A stretch of DNA of 31,858 nucleotides from Candidatus Bathyarchaeia archaeon (GCA_050012255.1 JBEKHN010000021.1:1-31858); one strand, 5' to 3'; positions 1-9,839 are shown, counted from the stretch's first letter. Notes: generated by a model from the sequence alone, not told the origin. Numbers and translations: made by a program.

Positions 1-422
<422 letters not shown>

Positions 423-690
423 TTGCTCCACATTGACCAGCCAGATATTCGTTTATCGGCTGTACAACCGCAAAGTCGACTGGATTTGGAGGGGAATAAA
501 CCACTTTACGCCAAAGCCCAATTCAGACCTAACGGATTAGCTTGTCAGGTCCACATTGCTGTCTCCGCAACTGGAGGCCAACAGTCCTCATTCCATATGG
601 CGACTTTGCGCCGTTGAGGTCGGAGTTGAGCCGCCGCCGAAAAATTGCGGAGCTAACTGATTGCCAAAAAGACAGTGAGGCATCCAAGTA

Positions 691-709
691 GATATAAACG
701 TTTCTTTCA
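691..709 (-). promoter_or_regulatory. Probable rRNA operon promoter (BRE + TATA)
   Basis: Minus strand reads TGAAAGAAACG-TTTATATC, about 270 bp upstream of the mature 16S start. Confidence 0.6.
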
Positions 710-784
710 ACAGGTACTGGTGCGTTAAGGGACATGAATTAATATCCCAAAAGCCATATACAGAAATGGAGCAGCTTAGGAAGT

Positions 785-1873
785 ATGTCACTTCTAACTT
801 ACAAGAAGATAGTAGCACAAGAAACTACTGTTCGTTACGTCGTTTTAGTCTTCTTGGGTGCTGGAATCAACTTCACGCTAGGTTATGCACTTATGGCAGC
901 AGGTCTGACTGCATTGATCCAATCACCAGTTCAAACTCTCACATCCAAAGTTCCACAAACCACGCTTATTTTGGCAGTTTCCTACCTCCTTATTGGAATT
1001 GTCTATTCGCTCGTGGCATCATTAACCTCTCGGCCAAAACGTATCATTTCTCCTCTACATATCCAAATAATTACTGCGACCTTTGTTCCTATTCTTATCA
1101 CATTCTTGCTTGCAACAGTACCGCTAACTCCCCCCATAGATTTGATTGCGGGTTCCGTAATGGCTCTTGCACTCTTCTTCCTTGCCCTTGTGATGTTTGT
1201 TGCTGCGGGTATTGGACAAACAATAGTGGTGAGATATTTGGTAGGTTTGAATGGAACTAAAGAAAATGTTAATTCGTTTGGATTAACGGTCAATGGTAAG
1301 GTAAGGGACATTCTTAGAGTTTTGACTAGTGCCGATGTGAGAGAAGCTCTTGAAATTCATGAAAGAGATGATCGACAAACAGGAGAGCATTCTTATGTTT
1401 TTCGCACATCCCCAAATTCAGGAAAACAACTTTTCATTGCTATAATTGAGGACTCTGAAGATAAAACAAAGACACAATTAGCTACTGTATCCTACAGACA
1501 AACCTATTATGGAATAAGTAAACTAGGGGAGGTCATAGAAGAACAAAGACAAAGGACAATTAAGGCTGCATTAGAGCGAGCTGGTCTAACTTGTGAAGAT
1601 GATAAAACTGATTCTTTAGCTCGCTTGCTTGCGTACAATCATGGTCTATCCATTACAGACTCAAAACTTCTAAGTCTGAGAAGCTTGCCACCTTATTCAA
1701 AGGCAATTCTTACAGGATTGGCTGCAATGATTGTAATAATGACTCTAATGTGGCGATTCACTGATTATGTTTCTGCTGATCTTTATGAGACTTTCCTAGT
1801 GCTTGCAGGATTCTCTGTGTTATTTGATTTATTACCGATTTTAAGAACCAAGCGAAAGAGGTTTGAGACTTAA
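785..1873 (+). CDS. Multi-pass membrane protein of unknown function (transposon passenger)
   Basis: 362-aa ORF with about 4-5 N-terminal hydrophobic helices, a soluble middle domain and 2 C-terminal helices. Confidence 0.8.
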   Translation: MSLLTYKKIVAQETTVRYVVLVFLGAGINFTLGYALMAAGLTALIQSPVQTLTSKVPQTTLILAVSYLLIGIVYSLVASLTSRPKRIISPLHIQIITATFVPILITFLLATVPLTPPIDLIAGSVMALALFFLALVMFVAAGIGQTIVVRYLVGLNGTKENVNSFGLTVNGKVRDILRVLTSADVREALEIHERDDRQTGEHSYVFRTSPNSGKQLFIAIIEDSEDKTKTQLATVSYRQTYYGISKLGEVIEEQRQRTIKAALERAGLTCEDDKTDSLARLLAYNHGLSITDSKLLSLRSLPPYSKAILTGLAAMIVIMTLMWRFTDYVSADLYETFLVLAGFSVLFDLLPILRTKRKRFET

Positions 1874-1891
1874 ACTAGTAAAATGGAGAAT

Positions 1892-1910
1892 GGGGCAAAG
1901 TTTATATATT
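1892..1910 (+). promoter_or_regulatory. Probable transposase operon promoter
   Basis: GGGGCAAAG-TTTATATAT (BRE-TATA) about 45 bp before the ATG at 1951. Confidence 0.55.
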
Positions 1911-1950
1911 TATTATGGCTTATAGGATATGCATAGGACAGTGATAAGCA

Positions 1951-2835
1951 ATGCAATGCAAATATTGTGACTCTGAAAAAGTCGTGAAGGCTGGAATGAA
2001 AGGCGATAAGCAGAGATACCTCTGCAATGATTGTGGTCACAAGTTTGTTGAAGGTTCTGATTTTCCGAGAATGAGAACCGAGGCACGTATCATATCTTCA
2101 AGTATTGACTTTTATTTTGAAGGATTAAGTACAAGGAAAATTCAGACGCAGATTGAGAAACTCTATGGCGTTCACGTTGACCATGTTACAGTTCTACGGT
2201 GGATTCTCAAATACTCTAACCTAGTTTCTCAATACGTTGAAACACTCTCTCCCCAGTTACTAGGTATCTATCACGTTGACGAAACAGCTATCAAGTGCAA
2301 GGGCGTTCAAAAATGGTTCTGGGAGATAATCGATGACCAAACAAAGTTTCTGGTTGCGGGACATCTTTCTGGTTCAAGAACAGCTGAAGATGCGATAGCC
2401 CTTTTTGAGAAAAGTCTCAGAGTAGCTAAGAAGAAGCCAACTTCCATTTACTGTGATGGCCTGCTTCCTTATGTGGAAGCGTTCAACAAGGTTTTCTATA
2501 CGATGCGAAAGGACACAAGACCTGAGCTAATCCGAAGAGTCGGCATAAGGGCAGTACATAATCAGAACGTAGTTGAAAGACTACATAGCACTCTCAAGGA
2601 CAGAATAAAACCAACAAGAGGATTGAAAGGCGAAAACACTGTCAGGACTTTACTTGAGGGTTGGGTAGTTCACTATAACTATGTGAGAAAGCATCAGACT
2701 TTGAAAATGACTCCAGCGCAAGCTTCGGGCCTAGACATGAAGAATGACTGGTACGACCTTGTGAAAGGGGCAACAAAGAACATGGCGAAAAGAGAGGAAA
2801 AGCAAGTTCGGCAAATTGAGGTGACCGTGAAATGA
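1951..2835 (+). CDS. IS6-family DDE transposase with N-terminal Zn ribbon
   Basis: CKYC...CNDC ribbon, HTH (LSTRKI...VDHVTVLRWI), catalytic VDET / YCDG / NVVER, and HYNYVRKH motif. Confidence 0.9.
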   Translation: MQCKYCDSEKVVKAGMKGDKQRYLCNDCGHKFVEGSDFPRMRTEARIISSSIDFYFEGLSTRKIQTQIEKLYGVHVDHVTVLRWILKYSNLVSQYVETLSPQLLGIYHVDETAIKCKGVQKWFWEIIDDQTKFLVAGHLSGSRTAEDAIALFEKSLRVAKKKPTSIYCDGLLPYVEAFNKVFYTMRKDTRPELIRRVGIRAVHNQNVVERLHSTLKDRIKPTRGLKGENTVRTLLEGWVVHYNYVRKHQTLKMTPAQASGLDMKNDWYDLVKGATKNMAKREEKQVRQIEVTVK

Positions 2836-2987
2836 AAAAAGTCTTAGTTAGTCTTCCAGAAGGCATATTCAATCAGGTACGCGACTTGAAAGGGAAACTT
2901 GGAGAAAGTGACAGTGAAGTGATCCGCACTATGGTGATAAGTTTTCTAAGCGAAAAAGGATACTTAACGAAGAGGGAAAAGGAATGA
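2832..2987 (+). CDS. CopG/ribbon-helix-helix DNA-binding protein (51 aa, absent from ORF track)
   Basis: Hand-translated MKKVLVSLPEGIFNQVRDLKGKLGESDSEVIRTMVISFLSEKGYLTKREKE; alternating beta strand plus SxSEVIR helix; ATGA overlaps with both neighbours. Confidence 0.85.
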   Translation: MKKVLVSLPEGIFNQVRDLKGKLGESDSEVIRTMVISFLSEKGYLTKREKE

Positions 2988-3178
2988 GCAAGAAAAAGAA
3001 AGACCATATCAAGGAACTTGCTACGGAAATCAGCATACTAGATCAGATGCTTTCTGCACTCGTAGATGTCTTAGAAAGAAAAGGAGTCTTAACCTCAGAA
3101 GAGTGGGAAAAAGAAATTAAAACGAAGATTGAGACAACAGCAAAAACTACGCAAAGCTTCAGAGAGGTAGAGTCTTGA
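2984..3178 (+). CDS. Small helical hypothetical protein
   Basis: 64 aa, coupled by overlap to both neighbours; ALVDVLERKGVLTSEE segment. Confidence 0.75.
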   Translation: MSKKKKDHIKELATEISILDQMLSALVDVLERKGVLTSEEWEKEIKTKIETTAKTTQSFREVES

Positions 3179-3513
3179 TGGCAAATTCCATTCCCTCAAT
3201 TATTCCTTCGATTGAAACCTTGAAGAAATGGATTGATTATTGGCGCAGGTTCAAAGGGAAACGTGTCAAGATTTTTTTGAAAAGCGGAATGAACGTAAGT
3301 ACTGATGTACACAATTTTAGCCTTGACACATCTATCAAAACGAACTTTTTGGATACTGTGATTGGTACTATTGAAGATGTGGTTGAAAGTCCGTTTGGAA
3401 TTTGGCTCAAAGATGTTTCTATTCCTGAGGAAAAAGAGGTTGAAGGTGCATTTATTCCGATGTCTGAAATAGCGAGAATTTATTCTTTGAGAAAAAAAGT
3501 GGTACAGGGTTGA
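3178..3513 (+). CDS. Hypothetical protein, possible Sm/LSm-like fold
   Basis: KGKRVKIFLKSG...VIGTIEDV...GIWLKDV...AFIPMSEIARI resembles Sm1/Sm2 strand pattern; TGATG coupling to the previous gene. Confidence 0.6.
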   Translation: MANSIPSIIPSIETLKKWIDYWRRFKGKRVKIFLKSGMNVSTDVHNFSLDTSIKTNFLDTVIGTIEDVVESPFGIWLKDVSIPEEKEVEGAFIPMSEIARIYSLRKKVVQG

Positions 3514-3604
3514 ATATGGCAAAATCAGGAAAGTCAACTCTCAGTAATTCTTCATGTCCCTTAACGCACCAGTACCCTTTCAACATCATTATGTTCTTGT
3601 TTGT

Positions 3605-4366
3605 TCATGGTTCATAATTCTCAAGCAGGTCAAGTAACTCTCTTAAGCTCTTGATAACTCCGTCAGGCGGGACTTTCTCGTGTGTTCCTGGCAGTTCGTA
3701 TGAAAGAGTTAACGAATCTCGGGGCGGCTGCTGTCTCTCGATTAGGACAGCATTGAGCCCGACCGTTTTTGCACCTTTGATGTCTGTTCCTGGTGTGTCG
3801 CCGACGAAAACGGCTCTGTCTGCCTCGATGCCTAGGGTTCTCAATGCCCTTTCATATATTTCAGGACTGGGCTTTCGCTTGTTGATGGCGCCTGAAATGA
3901 CGACGGCATCAAAAAAACCATTCATACCAAACTTCTCCAGCAGTTTTGAAGCGCATTCGGGAATGGACAAGTTGGAGACAATCCCGAGCTTGTACTTTTT
4001 GTGCAGTCTCTCCAATACATAGAGTGCGTCATCATCTGGTCTCGTGTACTTCATGAACTCTTCACAGAAGGCTCCGGTGGCTCCTACAACGGTTGAGTGT
4101 GACGCTCCAAGTCTGTATCCGAACTTTTCCAGCGTGCGTGAAACCCTGATGTTGAAGTGCGGGTCTTCGAGACTTTCGCTTGTTTCTTCGTAAACCCTAT
4201 CTCGCACTTCGAAGTACACTCGAACGAAGTCGTCGAAAGGAACGTCAATTTCGTTCTTGACCAAGAAGTTGTGGAGTCTCTTCAATGATGGCATGTAGAA
4301 GGCATCGTCATTTTCAAGCAAGACCAAAGTGTTGAATAGGTCAAAGAGTACCGCCTCCACGCGCAT
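3605..4366 (-). CDS. HAD-superfamily hydrolase
   Basis: FDLFNTL motif I, VSN, KPSP, VGD...DIKGA motifs; ATG at 4366 preferred over the extended ORF start. Confidence 0.92.
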   Translation of the reverse strand: MRVEAVLFDLFNTLVLLENDDAFYMPSLKRLHNFLVKNEIDVPFDDFVRVYFEVRDRVYEETSESLEDPHFNIRVSRTLEKFGYRLGASHSTVVGATGAFCEEFMKYTRPDDDALYVLERLHKKYKLGIVSNLSIPECASKLLEKFGMNGFFDAVVISGAINKRKPSPEIYERALRTLGIEADRAVFVGDTPGTDIKGAKTVGLNAVLIERQQPPRDSLTLSYELPGTHEKVPPDGVIKSLRELLDLLENYEP

Positions 4367-4887
4367 TCTCGCACCCTTTGCTGTAGCAGTTCGCGATAAA
4401 GATAAAAAGAGTTGTTGCACTGAACAACTCAAACTCAATCCAACATCAAATAGATTGCGCACGACATTTCTGCAGGAGAAAGCATGCGGTTGTTCACAGG
4501 CCACCCTCACTTCGGCAACAAAAATTGGACCGTGACTCTTTGATCATGGCGAAGCCAAGTGACATGTCGAACTGCAAAAGCTTCAGGTGCGACATAAATC
4601 TCGCGTCTATCTCTGTCATGCGGAATAATCTGCCGTTAAGCTTATATTGTGTATTGCTACATAATATACGGGAAACGAGCCATGAAGCCCGTGTCAAAAA
4701 ACGAAGAAATCCGATGGCAAGTCATTAAGGCCATGCTTGATGAATTTCCAATGTTGAAAGACAAGACCAGAAAATATCTTGAAAGACAAGGTTCAAATCA
4801 ATAAACGTCTTACTTGTTTGTCCGTGCCACAACATTATTTCTGGCAATTTTTCAAGGAAGCTTTTTGGCAACCAATGCGGGCTGTAC

Positions 4888-5241
4888 TCACATCATGTTT
4901 TGGTTCTTCTTGAGCAGGTGTTGCGGAGGAATTCTGATCCCGTTCTTGCCGTTGTTGTCCTCTTCGCTCTTGAGAAGTTCGGTTATTTCACGGTAGCGTT
5001 GCAGAAAATCCACGCCCTTCTCTGTTGCCCTGTACGTTTCCCTGTCATTCTCCAAGATTTTGCACAGCAAGCTAATTCTCAACATGAAATTAAGATAGTC
5101 ATTCAGCTGCGTGAAACTCAGGTTTGCCCGGTACATGATCTGAGTCTTCAGAGACCCCCCTTTGGCGATTTCGAGGATTTCAGCGATGATGAAAAGCTTG
5201 TCCCTTCTCTTGGCAGACGGATTCGAACCCCAAGGATTCAT
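4888..5241 (-). CDS. Winged-helix transcriptional regulator
   Basis: RRDKLFIIAEILE...KTQIMYRANLSFTQLNDYL...YRATEKG, typical archaeal wHTH family. Confidence 0.88.
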   Translation of the reverse strand: MNPWGSNPSAKRRDKLFIIAEILEIAKGGSLKTQIMYRANLSFTQLNDYLNFMLRISLLCKILENDRETYRATEKGVDFLQRYREITELLKSEEDNNGKNGIRIPPQHLLKKNQNMM

Positions 5242-5427
5242 TTTCTATATGCCTCTTTCAGAACTGTTTTCTGTAACAGAAGGAAGTGGCGCTTTTCTTA
5301 AGCAGTGTTTCGGAGACCAAGCTATTTCAGGAATCGAAATATTCTCTAGAACAAACTTCTAGAGGCCAAAGAGCCTCTTGCAAAGACCTTATTTCCTTCA
5401 GAAGAGAATCTTCAAAATGATGAGAAA

Positions 5428-5925
5428 ATGCTGATAGGACTAATGTCAGACACGCACGATAACCTTCCACAAGTTGACAAAGCAGTCAGAAGACTAAACG
5501 AAGAAAACGTTGAGCTTGTCCTTCACGCCGGAGACTATGTTGCTCCTTTCGTGATCCCAAGATTCAAGGATCTGAAAGCAAGACTGATCGGCGTCTTCGG
5601 CAACAACGATGGCGATCATGAGCTCTTAAAGTTAAGGTTTAAGGAAAACAAACGGCTTGAAATACGCGGAAACTTTGCGTACGTAGAAGCTGACAGGTTG
5701 AAAATCGCGTTGCTGCACGGAACCGACAAGGAGCTCTTGGAGGTTTTGGTCGAACGCGAGAGTTTTGACGTTGTGGTTCATGGGCACTCGCACCTTGAAG
5801 GCGTGCACAAAAAGGGCAGGACGCTGGTCGTGAATCCAGGGGAAGTCTGCGGATATTTGACTGGCACATCGACTGTTTCGCTACTTGACACGGTCAAACG
5901 CAGAGCGAAGATAGTTAGACTCTAA
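5428..5925 (+). CDS. Metallophosphoesterase, MJ0936/YfcE family
   Basis: SDTHD, HAGD, GNND, LHG, GHSH, NPGE motifs. Confidence 0.93.
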   Translation: MLIGLMSDTHDNLPQVDKAVRRLNEENVELVLHAGDYVAPFVIPRFKDLKARLIGVFGNNDGDHELLKLRFKENKRLEIRGNFAYVEADRLKIALLHGTDKELLEVLVERESFDVVVHGHSHLEGVHKKGRTLVVNPGEVCGYLTGTSTVSLLDTVKRRAKIVRL

Positions 5926-5936
5926 TTGGAACTCGC

Positions 5937-6854
5937 TCAGACGGCATCGAGGCGGCTCAGATAGAATCTGTCACCGTAGGTCTTCTTGAATGAGGCGCCG
6001 GAGGTCAGAGGCTTAAACATCATGACCCCCCAGCTCCTGTTCTGAACCATGTAACCGCGAGACCTGTAAACTTCCAAAAGCCTGGCGTCTAGAACTGCCC
6101 TGTCATAGACAGCTCCTCTTGTTCCGTTCTCCAAGATGTCTACTAGCTTGTGCATTTGGTCTGCATTCAACGCGACAAGCTCTCTAATCCATATACCCGT
6201 CTTGTCTTCCCTGAAGATGACATAACCTTCATCATCAACTATGCACTGCTTAGGCTTTATTCCTTCAGTCTTCTTAAGCATCTTAATGTGCGCCCGGTCC
6301 CGAACGACAAAGCCTGTCTTCTCTTTCGAAAATTCAGTGTAGACTGCAAGAATCCTTTCTGGGTCAAACCCCACGATATTCTCTTTTGGATAGTGCTTAG
6401 CTTTCTTGTCGTGAAAGACTTTGTATACGCTTGGAAACTCGATCAGGTCACTGTAACCCAGCTTCTCGTAAAGAGCATGAGCCACAAGTGCTTGGCCCGT
6501 GAACAGGAAGGAAAAACGGTATCGCTTATTCCTAAAGTATTCGTGTGCCTTGTTCATCAGAGTTGTGCAGACGCCCTTCCGCGCGTAGCCTGGCAACGTC
6601 GCGACGCCGTACAATCCGCCAACATATTCGATACTTCGGTCCAGAGTTCGCGTTGCCAGATCCATCACGCCTACGTGTCCAATTATCCGTCCATCTTCAA
6701 CTGCGCAGAAGCTGACCGGGCCGTTCTTTAATCTTGGGTCGATCTTGACGAAACCTTCAGACTGGCTTTGGTTGAAAACCCATTTAAAAGCATGGTCGAG
6801 CAGCGGCAATAGGCCATCCTTTGATTCTAAGTCTCTGTAGGGGATGATCTTCAT
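5937..6854 (-). CDS. GNAT acetyltransferase (Eis-like N-terminal domain)
   Basis: VATLPGYARKGV acetyl-CoA motif and LYEKLGY; start could be GTG at 6887. Confidence 0.85.
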   Translation of the reverse strand: MKIIPYRDLESKDGLLPLLDHAFKWVFNQSQSEGFVKIDPRLKNGPVSFCAVEDGRIIGHVGVMDLATRTLDRSIEYVGGLYGVATLPGYARKGVCTTLMNKAHEYFRNKRYRFSFLFTGQALVAHALYEKLGYSDLIEFPSVYKVFHDKKAKHYPKENIVGFDPERILAVYTEFSKEKTGFVVRDRAHIKMLKKTEGIKPKQCIVDDEGYVIFREDKTGIWIRELVALNADQMHKLVDILENGTRGAVYDRAVLDARLLEVYRSRGYMVQNRSWGVMMFKPLTSGASFKKTYGDRFYLSRLDAV

Positions 6855-6948
6855 TTTTGACTGCCCCTTTTGCGCGTTCTCACTCAAACGTGTGATAAAA
6901 ACCTTGTTTTCAGGCGTGTGCTCTGATTGCTCAATATGGGGCTCTTGT

Positions 6949-7878
6949 TCAGTTCTTGTTGTAGGGCTGTCTTTTCTGGTTGGCGAGCCTGAAAAGTTCT
7001 GTCAGTTGCTCGTCGGTCGCACATTTTCTCAGAGGTGTCAAGATGTCCACAAGGTTGTCATTTCTCATCAAACAGGGCTTGAGTTTTCCGTCACTCGTTA
7101 CTCGAAGACGTGTGCAGTGCAGACAGAATTCAGTGTTCTCTATTGGGTGTACAACCTCAACTCTTGTGCTCGGTAAGTGGTAAACGCGACGGTTATGCAT
7201 ATGCGGCCTACTTTCAACTTTCACCGCATTTTCCTTCAACACTGTTTCATACGTGTCCAAGGACTTGTGATACATTGAATAGAATTCGCTGCTCATGTTT
7301 ATCGGCTCAAGCTCGATCAACTGCAGAATCGCGCCAGTTCTTTCAGCAAACCTAATCATCTCTGGCACAGAAGCATCATTTGCTCCCTTCAGAATGAGCA
7401 TGTTAAGCTTCACTGGAAACAATCCAGCGTTGACGGCAGCTCTTACGCCTGCCAGCGCATGCTGCACTCGACCGCCGGTCAGTTTGTGATAGACGTCCGC
7501 ATCTAGCGTTGGGAGGCTTATGTTCACACGGTTCAAGCCGCCGGAATGCAGTTCCTCAGCAACCGAAGCAAGCAGGGTTCCGTTCGAGGTCATGGAAAGA
7601 TCCGTCAGGCCCGGCGTGGACGCGATTCCTCGAACAATCTCTGCAATGTCCTTGCGCATCAGAGGTTCCCCTCCTGTCAGCTTGACTTTGGAAATGCCCA
7701 TCGTGACAGCAACTCTCACGATGCGGACGATCTCGTCACTCGTCATTTCTCCGTGGCAGAGTTCCGCAGGACTCTCGTCGCCCTCACCGTGACAGTATGA
7801 GCAGTTCAAGTCACATTTTTTGGTGACTGCAATCCGCAGGTTGAGGAGCGGTCGCCCACACTCATCTTTCAAAACCAT
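6949..7878 (-). CDS. moaA: GTP 3',8-cyclase (radical SAM)
   Basis: CDLNCSYC, LTGGEP, FCLHCTRLRVTSDGKLKPCL. Confidence 0.96.
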   Translation of the reverse strand: MVLKDECGRPLLNLRIAVTKKCDLNCSYCHGEGDESPAELCHGEMTSDEIVRIVRVAVTMGISKVKLTGGEPLMRKDIAEIVRGIASTPGLTDLSMTSNGTLLASVAEELHSGGLNRVNISLPTLDADVYHKLTGGRVQHALAGVRAAVNAGLFPVKLNMLILKGANDASVPEMIRFAERTGAILQLIELEPINMSSEFYSMYHKSLDTYETVLKENAVKVESRPHMHNRRVYHLPSTRVEVVHPIENTEFCLHCTRLRVTSDGKLKPCLMRNDNLVDILTPLRKCATDEQLTELFRLANQKRQPYNKN

Positions 7879-8002
7879 CGTTATTCCCGTGCGTGCCTAA
7901 CGATGACAGAGGCTAGCCATCATATAAGACTTGCTTGAGGGGCTCGTGTCTTTTCAACATGAACCGACAAGGCTAAGTGTTTACAAGCCGATCAAACAAT
8001 TG

Positions 8003-8380
8003 ATGGTCTCATTGACAGAGGTTTTTGTGCGTTCGTTCTCACCGTACATGGACGTTGAAACCGCCAGAGACATGGCGCCGCATTCATACTGCTCACCTGG
8101 TACAACCGAGGGACTCGTAAGTGGAGTCCTCTCCAAGTTCAAGGGGCGACTACTCTCTGAGGAAGATTCAACAGCTTTGGAGCGTGTGTTGCAAATCTTA
8201 AAGGAGAACCAAGAATCTGTCAGGGTGTACGATGTTTCACGGATGGCTGACAAGCTACGAGCATTGAAGCGTGGAATTCGAAAAACACCGGCCGTCATAA
8301 TCAATGGAGAAAAATACGAGGGTCTAGAAGCGATTTCCAAAGCGCTTTCAACAAAACAATCACACAAGACGGCCAAATGA
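8003..8380 (+). CDS. Small thioredoxin-fold-like protein, paralog 1
   Basis: C-terminal GIRKTPAVIINGE; start chosen by alignment with the adjacent paralog. Confidence 0.7.
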   Translation: MVSLTEVFVRSFSPYMDVETARDMAPHSYCSPGTTEGLVSGVLSKFKGRLLSEEDSTALERVLQILKENQESVRVYDVSRMADKLRALKRGIRKTPAVIINGEKYEGLEAISKALSTKQSHKTAK

Positions 8381-8471
8381 GCGTGATGGGTCTTTAACAA
8401 ATGATGCTTCCTATCCCCTCTTAGACCGTTTCACGACAACAGGCTTAAGAGTTGATGAGGACATAGATCCC

Positions 8472-8846
8472 ATGGGCACCCTCATGGTTTCATCTTTGAT
8501 AGAAGTTTTTGTGCATTCTCACAGCAAGGATATTGATGTCGGCCACTATCGAGAGATGTCTTACCATTGGGAATGCGGTTTGGCTCAATGGGCCTATGGA
8601 GAACTGGCTGGGCAGTTTAAAGGTCGCATACTCTGTGAGGAAGATGTCGGGGTTTTGCGTCAAGTTCTGGAGATGGCGAAGAAAGAAGGTCGGGAAGTGA
8701 TAGTCTATGATGCCTCACGCATGGGCGACAGAATGAAAGCATTGAGACGTGGGATTTTGAAAACCCCAGCTGCAATCATGAATGGTGAATTGTACGAAGG
8801 TCGGAATGAAATCTCGCAGGTGATTGCGAGCAAACCGAATCCTTGA
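8472..8846 (+). CDS. Small thioredoxin-fold-like protein, paralog 2
   Basis: GILKTPAAIMNGE; aligns end to end with 8003-8380. Confidence 0.75.
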   Translation: MGTLMVSSLIEVFVHSHSKDIDVGHYREMSYHWECGLAQWAYGELAGQFKGRILCEEDVGVLRQVLEMAKKEGREVIVYDASRMGDRMKALRRGILKTPAAIMNGELYEGRNEISQVIASKPNP

Positions 8847-8850
8847 GGCT

Positions 8851-9381
8851 CTACTCGCGTGCATGCTTTACTATATGCGGTGTCTCGGGCAGGATCAGTT
8901 TCTCCATGCAGACTCTCACAGCGTCCGGTGAGCCTGGAATACAGAAAAGGGCTTTGCCCTCAGCCACTCCAGCGATTGCCCTAGACAGCACTGCCGCAGA
9001 TCCGATTTCGTCAAAGCTCAGGCGTCTGAATATCTCTCCAAACCCTGGAAGCGTTTTTTCGAGAAGAGGTGAGACCGTTTCAATGGTCACGTCTGATGGG
9101 GCTATTCCTGTGCCGCCGCAGAACACCGCAGCGTCCAGGTCAGGCGAGGCTAGTGCACGTTTCACACTCTGCCTGATCAGGACGTTGTCGTCAGGAATCA
9201 GCTTCCTTAACGTCACTTGGTGCCCTGCGTTTCTCAATAATTTCTCAATCAAGTCTCCTGAAGCATCTTCAAATTCCTCTCCTTTCTTCGATTGGAGATA
9301 ACGCGATGTGCTGCAGGTGAAAATGCCAAATTTCAGTCTTGCTGGGGCCTCAGCCTTGTGCTTCGTTGCACTTTCGCTCAT
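8851..9381 (-). CDS. moaB: Molybdopterin adenylyltransferase MoaB/Mog
   Basis: DASG, GGTGIAPSDVT, PGFGEIFR, IPGSPDA motifs; ATG at 9381. Confidence 0.93.
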   Translation of the reverse strand: MSESATKHKAEAPARLKFGIFTCSTSRYLQSKKGEEFEDASGDLIEKLLRNAGHQVTLRKLIPDDNVLIRQSVKRALASPDLDAAVFCGGTGIAPSDVTIETVSPLLEKTLPGFGEIFRRLSFDEIGSAAVLSRAIAGVAEGKALFCIPGSPDAVRVCMEKLILPETPHIVKHARE

Positions 9382-9398
9382 TTTTTGAATACCTTCTC

Positions 9399-9839
9399 CT
9401 AACTGGTTTTCTTCACTTTTTTCACGACATGAATGTTTTCTATGGTTGTTGATGGATATTGACCGTGGGCATCCTTCTCGTACTGTTTTACCATGTCCCA
9501 TATCGTGAGAAGACTCGTGGCAGTGGCCGCTAAGGCTTCCATTTCAACTCCCGTTGGGGCTTTCGCCTTGACGTTTGCGGTGACTTTAACTCTCGTTTTG
9601 CCCTCAATTTTCACGTCGATTTCAACGCTAGTCAAAGGCAAAGTGTGGCACAGAGGAATCAACGTGCTGGTTTTCTTAGCCGCCAGGATTCCGGCAATCT
9701 TGGCGGTGTGAAACGGGTCTCCCTTTGCGACTTTTCCTTCTTTGATTAGCCGGATAGTCTCGTTTTTCAGCTTAACAGTTCCCGTTGCTGTTGCTTCGCG
9801 AAGAATTTCGGGCTTATCAGACACGTCAACCATCGACAT
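9399..9839 (-). CDS. moaC: Cyclic pyranopterin monophosphate synthase
   Basis: MVDVSDK, LIPLCH, TGVEMEAL, WDMVK. Confidence 0.96.
   Translation of the reverse strand: MSMVDVSDKPEILREATATGTVKLKNETIRLIKEGKVAKGDPFHTAKIAGILAAKKTSTLIPLCHTLPLTSVEIDVKIEGKTRVKVTANVKAKAPTGVEMEALAATATSLLTIWDMVKQYEKDAHGQYPSTTIENIHVVKKVKKTS

Larger units (their letters stand above)
713..3576 (+). mobile_element. IS6-like transposon with passenger genes
   Basis: Perfect 26-bp TIRs GGTACTGGTGCGTTAAGGGACATGAA (713-738 and 3551-3576), 9-bp direct repeat CTTTCAACA at 704-712 and 3577-3585, internal DDE transposase. Confidence 0.95.

Noticed and set aside
423-818. Short ORFs 423-617, 529-735, 588-818
   Set aside because: They overlap the rRNA leader, promoter and TIR; no recognisable motifs.
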